This document shows, piece by piece, positions 59,330-63,373 of a stretch of DNA of 63,373 bases. The position numbers were made by a program, and so were the translations under genes. Within the stretch, counting starts at the first letter, position 1. Every line of letters starts with the position of its first letter. The notes beneath the pieces were generated by a model, which did not search any database, was not told the DNA's origin, and saw nothing but the letters and a program-made list of their open reading frames with translations. The stretch is from a virus (taxonomy: Duplodnaviria > Heunggongvirae > Uroviricota > Caudoviricetes). The DNA is taken from positions 1 to 63,373 of IMG/VR virus record IMGVR_UViG_3300028854_000008. The stretch is one strand, 5' to 3'.

Positions 59330-59541
59330 GATGGAAAGCACAAAAGAATATAAAAATTGGAACAGTTAGAATATTTCATCATTTTGCACTTTTTCCTATA
59401 ACTTGCCCAATGAGTGGCACTACTTATTGGTTGGAATGGGTTAATGTTTCTCAACAAATGGATTGCCCTCTTAAATGGGATTCTATAGGATTTAAGAATG
59501 ATAATAGCAAAAAATATTGGAAAGTAGTTAAAATAAATTAG
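59326..59541 (+). CDS. Small hypothetical protein
   Basis: FALFPITCPMSGTTYWL. Confidence 0.6.
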   Translation: MRWKAQKNIKIGTVRIFHHFALFPITCPMSGTTYWLEWVNVSQQMDCPLKWDSIGFKNDNSKKYWKVVKIN

Positions 59542-59548
59542 GAGAATT

Positions 59549-59791
59549 ATGAATTATTGGATAATTATTATTCCAACAGTTGAAACATTTGTTTTCTATG
59601 GATGGGAAAGAGAAGCATTTTTTGAAACTGAGAATAAATCAAAATGGTATAATGTTAAAGGAAAATATAAACTTGCAGATAAAAAAGATCCCAAAGATTT
59701 TGAAATGGTTCAATTGGAAATCATAGGATCGCAGCAAGATAGAAAAGCGCAATCTGATATTCCTTATATGCCAAGAGAGGGATGGTTTTAA
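59549..59791 (+). CDS. Small hypothetical protein
   Basis: 80 aa with AGGAG SD. Confidence 0.6.
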   Translation: MNYWIIIIPTVETFVFYGWEREAFFETENKSKWYNVKGKYKLADKKDPKDFEMVQLEIIGSQQDRKAQSDIPYMPREGWF

Positions 59792-59870
59792 ATGATTAAG
59801 TGGGAGATAAATATTTTAAAATAATTTTGCATTTATTAAAAATTTACAAATTCTCAGGATAAATAAATAT

Positions 59871-60044
59871 ATGAAGAGCATGATTACAACTGATACAATT
59901 TCTAAAAATATTTTACGAGAAGTGAAATATGATGCTACAGGAAATGTTATTACTAATGGAGAATTTATTACAGTGAAAGACGGCGGGCAAATATTAAATC
60001 AAAATAAATTTGCAGCCGCTGATAAATTCGGAGTATATTTGTAA
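59871..60044 (+). CDS. Small late protein, 57 aa (not in ORF track)
   Basis: ATAAATA at 59859; followed by a terminator. Confidence 0.5.
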   Translation: MKSMITTDTISKNILREVKYDATGNVITNGEFITVKDGGQILNQNKFAAADKFGVYL

Positions 60045-60067
60045 ACGCCAGGATTCAAAAAGATTTA

Positions 60068-60095
60068 AAAGATCCTGGCGAAAGTCAGGATCTTT
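60068..60095 (+). terminator. Intrinsic terminator hairpin
   Basis: AAAGATCCTGGC-GAAA-GTCAGGATCTTT. Confidence 0.75.
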
Positions 60096-60204
60096 CATTT
60101 GCAGTAAAGAATAGTTATCCGTTCCGCTTCACGTTAACCGAGCACTCTTTATAAAGAGAATGGAAAATATCAAAGATAACTATAATGTAGTAAAAATGTT
60201 TTAT

Positions 60205-60279
60205 GGGGCAGTAGCTCAGAGGGAGAGCGCTGCGTTAGCATCGCAGAGGTCGAGATTTCAAAATTCTCCTGCTCCACCA
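60205..60279 (+). tRNA. tRNA-Ala, anticodon AGC
   Basis: G3:U70; stem CTGCG/CGCAG, loop TT-AGC-AT; encoded CCA. Confidence 0.9.
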
Positions 60280-60353
60280 TAAAGTTTTTGCTTGGGGTGG
60301 TTACTTATTTGACAGATTTATATAAACGAATTAAAGATTGGAATGAAAAATAT

Positions 60354-60425
60354 GGGGAATAAGTGTTGATAGGAGCACGATAGATTCGCAATTTATAAGG
60401 GTGAGGGCAGTTCTCACATTCTCCA
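60354..60425 (+). tRNA. tRNA-Ala, anticodon CGC, non-canonical T-loop (GGCAGTT)
   Basis: GGGGAAT/ATTCTCC with G3:U70; loop TT-CGC-AA; no encoded CCA. Confidence 0.7.
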
Positions 60426-60426
60426 C

Positions 60427-60487
60427 AAGTTATTGAAAATAAAGCACTTATTTTTTACTTGACAAATGATCTAGAATTTAGTATTAT
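60427..60487 (+). promoter_or_regulatory. Conserved upstream element plus sigma70-like promoter for tRNA-Ala(TGC)
   Basis: AAGTTATTGAAAATAAAGCACTTA; TTGACA(60459)-N17-TATTAT. Confidence 0.75.
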
Positions 60488-60506
60488 TAAAGAGTAGCAA
60501 GAATAT

Positions 60507-60599
60507 GGGCTATGGGGCTGCTAGGGTGGCCACTGGTTTTGCACTCCAGAATCATCGAGAAATCGATACAGCGGGATTCAAATTCCCGATAGTCCACCA
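60507..60599 (+). tRNA. tRNA-Ala, anticodon TGC, with long class II variable arm
   Basis: GGGCTAT/ATAGTCC with G3:U70; loop TT-TGC-AC; V-arm ATCGA-GAAA-TCGAT; CCA. Confidence 0.85.
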
Positions 60600-60610
60600 A
60601 AAAATTTAGG

Positions 60611-60639
60611 TTGACAAACAAAGTAAAGTTTGATAGTAT
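60611..60639 (+). promoter_or_regulatory. sigma70-like promoter driving the large ncRNA and downstream tRNAs
   Basis: TTGACA-N17-TAGTAT, followed by AAAGAGTAGCAAGAA as at 60489. Confidence 0.75.
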
Positions 60640-60645
60640 AAAAGA

Positions 60646-61056
60646 GTAGCAAGAAATTGGTGCAACACAGCACGAAGTAGCACTCCAAATGCAGCGAATG
60701 AGAATTCGTTCAACAGATGGACAGACACATAATGTTTACTTGTAAAAGTGTTCTGACCTTAACGTGCCTGCGATAGTGAGTTGAATGGTGAAATGCCAGA
60801 AGAAAGTTCACCAGCCAATGAAGTTTAAAAATCGCTTTAGTAGCGATCTGATAGTAAATCAGTTCAGGAAGTATTTGACAATTGAAGAGAATATTGCAGA
60901 GCAACAGTGCTCTGTTTGAATATGAAAGTTACACCCGCCTACGTGGCAGTCCTAACTGAGACAGCATCACGACTTCAGGTGGCACGATGGTTGTAACGGG
61001 GCAAGCTTTCAGACTAATTAACAATTAGCGGCTGCGTACTGCCCGTAAAGTACGCA
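60646..61056 (+). ncRNA. Putative large (~400 nt) structured non-coding RNA
   Basis: Own promoter, no credible ORF, GC-richer than flanks, at least 10 helices including nested long-range stems; ends before an AAAGTTT spacer. Confidence 0.75.
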
Positions 61057-61076
61057 TAAAGTTTTGAAGTAAATAT

Positions 61077-61162
61077 GCCGTAATGGTGGAACGGAATACA
61101 CTTTGGACTTAAAATCCAACGCTCTTATGAGATTGAGGGTTCAAATCCCTCTTACGGCACCA
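61077..61162 (+). tRNA. tRNA-Leu(TAA)
   Basis: TTGGA-CTTAAAA-TCCAA, long V-arm, CCA. Confidence 0.92.
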
Positions 61163-61173
61163 AAAAGTTTAGT

Positions 61174-61291
61174 AGATCAATAGCTCAATTGGTTAGAGCA
61201 ACGAGATTAACAGATCAAGTCGTAAAGCCACAAGCCTAAGATACTTGAAGTCACTCGTCGGTTGAAGGTTCGAGTCCTTCTTGATTTACTA
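61174..61291 (+). tRNA. tRNA body with a 41-nt insertion in the anticodon loop (anticodon ambiguous, possibly TAA)
   Basis: AGATCAA/TTGATTT acceptor, canonical D- and T-arms, stem ACGAG/CTCGT enclosing 48 nt. Confidence 0.75.
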
Positions 61292-61300
61292 GAAAAGTTT

Positions 61301-61419
61301 AACTCTGAGTCGCAAGACTATCGAAGTGACTAGGAAACTAGCTGGCATAACGAAATATTATGTTGGACCTTGAGAGTGACCACAGATGAATCTCAGTGAA
61401 AGCTAGAGATTTCAGAGTT
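61301..61419 (+). ncRNA. Putative ~120-nt multi-hairpin RNA
   Basis: Closing stem AACTCTGA/TCAGAGTT; hairpins AGTC-GCAA-GACT, CTAG-GAAA-CTAG, GCATAA/TTATGT, AATCTC/GAGATT; flanked by AAAGTTT spacers. Confidence 0.65.
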
Positions 61420-61429
61420 ATAAAGTTTT

Positions 61430-61506
61430 GCCGCGTTCGTATAACGGATTATTATGCTCCGCCTTTAACGGAATCGATATGGGTTCAAATCCCATGCGCG
61501 GCACCA
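61430..61506 (+). tRNA. tRNA-Lys(TTT), atypical C33
   Basis: TCCG/CGGA stem, loop CC-TTT-AA, A73, CCA. Confidence 0.75.
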
Positions 61507-61520
61507 AAGTTTAGATGTAT

Positions 61521-61597
61521 GCGTTCGTCGTATAGCGGCTTATTATACTTGTCTCTTAAACAAGCTGACGTGAGTTCAAATCTCACCGAACGCACCA
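61521..61597 (+). tRNA. tRNA-Lys(CTT)
   Basis: CTTGT-CTCTTAA-ACAAG, CCA. Confidence 0.92.
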
Positions 61598-61613
61598 AAA
61601 GTTTTATAGTTAT

Positions 61614-61730
61614 GAGATTGTAGCTCAATTGGTAGAGCAACGCCCTTTTTTCGGGATGCTTCTTTGAGAGAGCATTCGATGGATGCTTTCAAAAAGGCGC
61701 AGGTTGTGGGTTCGATTCCCACCAGTCTCA
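61614..61730 (+). tRNA. tRNA-Lys(TTT)-like body with a 44-nt insertion in the anticodon loop
   Basis: GAGATTG/CAGTCTC acceptor; CGCC-CTTTT...AA-GGCG enclosing 51 nt. Confidence 0.78.
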
Positions 61731-61785
61731 CAAAGATTTGAAATTAAAACCATCTTCGCATAAATAAAGATGGAGGATCAATTAA

Positions 61786-62400
61786 ATGCCATTAGTAAAT
61801 TGTCCAAAATGTAATACTGAATTTGAGAATAAAGGAAAATGGGGAACCAAAAAATTTTGTAGTAGAAAATGTGCCAATTCAAAAGATCGGCCACAAGAGT
61901 TAAGAGATAGAGTTTCTAAAAAATTAAAAGGAAGAATTGGAAAAAGTATTTTTCTTTCTCCAGAGAAACTCATAAGTCGTAATCTTAAACTTAGAAAAAC
62001 TTGGGATTTAAAATATGAGAATATTCCATTTGAAGAACTTTCTTGGGATTTACAAAGATTGCGAGTAATAAAAGAACAAAATAATTCTTGCGGAAAATGT
62101 GAAATTACTGAATGGTTTGAAAATCCAATAACTTTAGAAGTTGATCATATAGATGGAAACCGAAAGAATAATTGTAGAGAAAATTTAATTGCTATTTGTC
62201 CAAATTGTCATAGTATTACTACAACATGGCGCGGAAGAAATAGAAAAACTGTGGATTATAAAACTGATGAAGAAATTTTAAATGTTATTTTACAAACTGA
62301 AAATATTCATCAAGCATTAAAATTTCTAAATATGGCATGTCGAGGAGCCAATTATAAAAGATTACAACAGTTAATGGAAAAAAATAATATCTCTTACTAA
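61786..62400 (+). CDS. HNH endonuclease embedded in the tRNA cluster
   Basis: N-terminal CPKC...FCSRKC; CGKC...LEVDHIDGNRKNNCRENLIAICPNCH. Confidence 0.9.
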   Translation: MPLVNCPKCNTEFENKGKWGTKKFCSRKCANSKDRPQELRDRVSKKLKGRIGKSIFLSPEKLISRNLKLRKTWDLKYENIPFEELSWDLQRLRVIKEQNNSCGKCEITEWFENPITLEVDHIDGNRKNNCRENLIAICPNCHSITTTWRGRNRKTVDYKTDEEILNVILQTENIHQALKFLNMACRGANYKRLQQLMEKNNISY

Positions 62401-62406
62401 ATTTAT

Positions 62407-62511
62407 AGCCGTATAGCTCAATTGGTTCAGAGCATTCCCCTTATTTAGGGCCTGTGCATCAGACCTTAAATAAGGGAAAGGTTGATGGTTCGATCCCATC
62501 TACGGCTACCA
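62407..62511 (+). tRNA. tRNA-Ile-like body (anticodon TAT or AAT) with a 27-nt insertion in the anticodon loop
   Basis: AGCCGTA/TACGGCT acceptor, TTCCC/GGGAA stem enclosing 34 nt, CCA. Confidence 0.8.
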
Positions 62512-62526
62512 CAAAGTTTAAATGTT

Positions 62527-62586
62527 GGCTTGTAGCATAATTGGCAATGTGTGACCCTGTTAAGGTCAAAGATGATGGTCCAGCCA
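62527..62586 (+). pseudogene. Degenerate tRNA-Asn(GTT) lacking most of the T-arm
   Basis: TGACC-CTGTTAA-GGTCA intact; T-loop and 3' T-stem missing. Confidence 0.65.
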
Positions 62587-62597
62587 AAATTTAAAGT

Positions 62598-62716
62598 TTC
62601 GCTGTAGGGAAAATATACCCCGCTGCATGAGGCAGAAAGATATTGAGGGGCTGGTCAACGGCTATAGACGCCCAGTGAGTAAATATTTGATGGTGCAAAT
62701 CCATCCGGCGATACCA
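62598..62716 (+). ncRNA. tRNA-like RNA with a ~55-nt variable-region insertion; identity unclear
   Basis: TCGCTG/CGGCGA acceptor, GGG/CCC D-stem, CTGC/GCAG arm, T-arm GATGG-TGCAAAT-CCATC, A-CCA. Confidence 0.6.
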
Positions 62717-62723
62717 ATTTTAT

Positions 62724-62858
62724 GGGATGGTAGCTCAGTAGAAGAGCAATGGCTATGAGGGGTAGTCTAGCGACGGTTAGATGAGACTCAAGTGCAAAAG
62801 TCATACGTCGAGAAGTCTGAAGGCCAAGGACATTGTGCAAATCCCTCTCATCCCATCA
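62724..62858 (+). ncRNA. tRNA-like RNA with a ~60-nt insertion in the anticodon arm and a degenerate T-stem
   Basis: GGGATGG/TCATCCC acceptor, canonical D-arm, TGGCT/GGCCA stem enclosing a long insert. Confidence 0.55.
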
Positions 62859-62930
62859 ATTTTAAAGAAAAGATGTTGGGTTCAATGGTCCGACTTCAAA
62901 CTAACGTTAAGTCAAGTTTGAATAGTTTAA

Positions 62931-63004
62931 GCGGGGATAGTTTAAATAGTAGAATATCTGAGTTTCCGCTCAGAAGATGGGTTGCAAGTACCCTAACCGC
63001 TCCA
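62931..63004 (+). tRNA. Degenerate tRNA-Gly(TCC)
   Basis: GCG...CGC-T-CCA Gly identity; two acceptor mismatches; 6-nt anticodon loop. Confidence 0.6.
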
Positions 63005-63015
63005 ATTTTATATAT

Positions 63016-63100
63016 GCGGGAGAAGCCTACTTGGTATGGCACTGGTCTTCCAAACCAGAGATGAAAATCGCTGCGAGTTCAAATCTCGTCTCCCGCTCCA
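63016..63100 (+). tRNA. tRNA-Gly(TCC) with extended variable arm
   Basis: CTGGT-CTTCCAA-ACCAG, U73, V-region GAT-GAAA-ATC hairpin, CCA. Confidence 0.88.
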
Positions 63101-63135
63101 TATTTATACATATGGAATAAAGGAAGAAAATTAAA

Positions 63136-63309
63136 ATGAAATATTGGTGTAAAAATTGTGAACATCTTCTGCCATTGAAGAACAATGAAAGAACAGAAAA
63201 TTTCAAAGAATGGTGGATAGAAAATCGAGAACAATTCAGAGAACTGCATCTCAATGGAGAGTGTGAAATAAAAACAACTCAGATACAGAAGGTGAATTTA
63301 TATGCATAA
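63136..63309 (+). CDS. Small hypothetical protein, 57 aa (not in ORF track)
   Basis: SD AAGGA; MKYWCKNC. Confidence 0.5.
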   Translation: MKYWCKNCEHLLPLKNNERTENFKEWWIENREQFRELHLNGECEIKTTQIQKVNLYA

Positions 63310-63373
63310 ACTTTTGTTTTTCTTAGCATTTGTTATAATTGTATTTGTGGTGCATATGTTGAAGTGTAAATAA

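Noticed and set aside
60507-60599. tRNA-Sec
   Set aside because: Anticodon is TGC rather than TCA, with a 7-bp acceptor and G3:U70
60646-61056. RNase P RNA (GAAGAAAGTTC resembles GAGGAAAGUCC)
   Set aside because: The matching 3' P4 strand and terminal P1 pairing could not be found by eye; left to a cmscan test
61430-61506. Ochre suppressor reading (anticodon TTA)
   Set aside because: That register destroys the anticodon stem; TTT with C33 is the only pairing register
61174-62511. Group I/II self-splicing introns or archaeal BHB introns in the tRNAs
   Set aside because: Inserts of 27-44 nt are too short for ribozymes, and no bulge-helix-bulge is evident (the Ile insert is an unbulged helix)
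60710-63254. ORFs at 60710, 61396, 61782(-), 62655, 62792 and 63027
   Set aside because: They overlap RNA genes or the HNH gene antisense, lack SD sequences and have no motifs
1-63373. CRISPR array
   Set aside because: No identical repeats with unique, equal-length spacers; all repeats are coding or promoter-linked
1-63373. Stop-codon reassignment (code 4 or 15)
   Set aside because: Long core genes are intact in code 11, all three stops end genes, and breaks are explained by frameshifts; no clear suppressor tRNA

Overview
This window is a 63-kb, visibly AT-rich segment of a large dsDNA bacteriophage, a T4-superfamily-like jumbo myovirus. It uses sigma70-type early promoters (TTGACA-N17-TATACT) and ATAAATA late-type promoters, and reads in standard code 11. 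From left to right it contains: (1) a collagen-like fibre gene running off the left edge; (2) a T4-like replication module with UvsW helicase, clamp-loader small subunit, primase, gp41/DnaB helicase, dCMP deaminase and a 188-aa minimal DnaE-like catalytic core; (3) a virion/late region with a GT2 plus pyruvyltransferase pair, PAAR spike tip and SleB hydrolase; (4) NAD-dependent ligase, an M15-like peptidase, a radical SAM protein and class II RNR with an intein; (5) a long accessory region of small paralog families (W-motif array, KOW-like proteins with a shared C-terminal tag, 22-aa solenoid repeats), with a recurring ~24-bp element upstream of many early promoters; (6) a NadV plus NadM-Nudix NAD salvage pair; (7) an RNA-gene cluster at 58.5-63.1 kb. 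The RNA cluster is the most unusual part. It holds tRNA-Ala(AGC), Ala and Gly tRNAs with class II variable arms, at least six tRNA bodies with intact acceptor stems but 27-75 nt insertions (three inside the anticodon loop), a ~400-nt highly paired ncRNA with its own promoter, a ~120-nt multi-hairpin RNA and an embedded HNH nuclease. Many of these units are separated by an AAAGTTT spacer. All protein calls come from motif recognition by eye and all RNA structures from manual base pairing; no searches were run. Three frameshifts fall in homopolymer runs that are one base short and may be sequencing errors.
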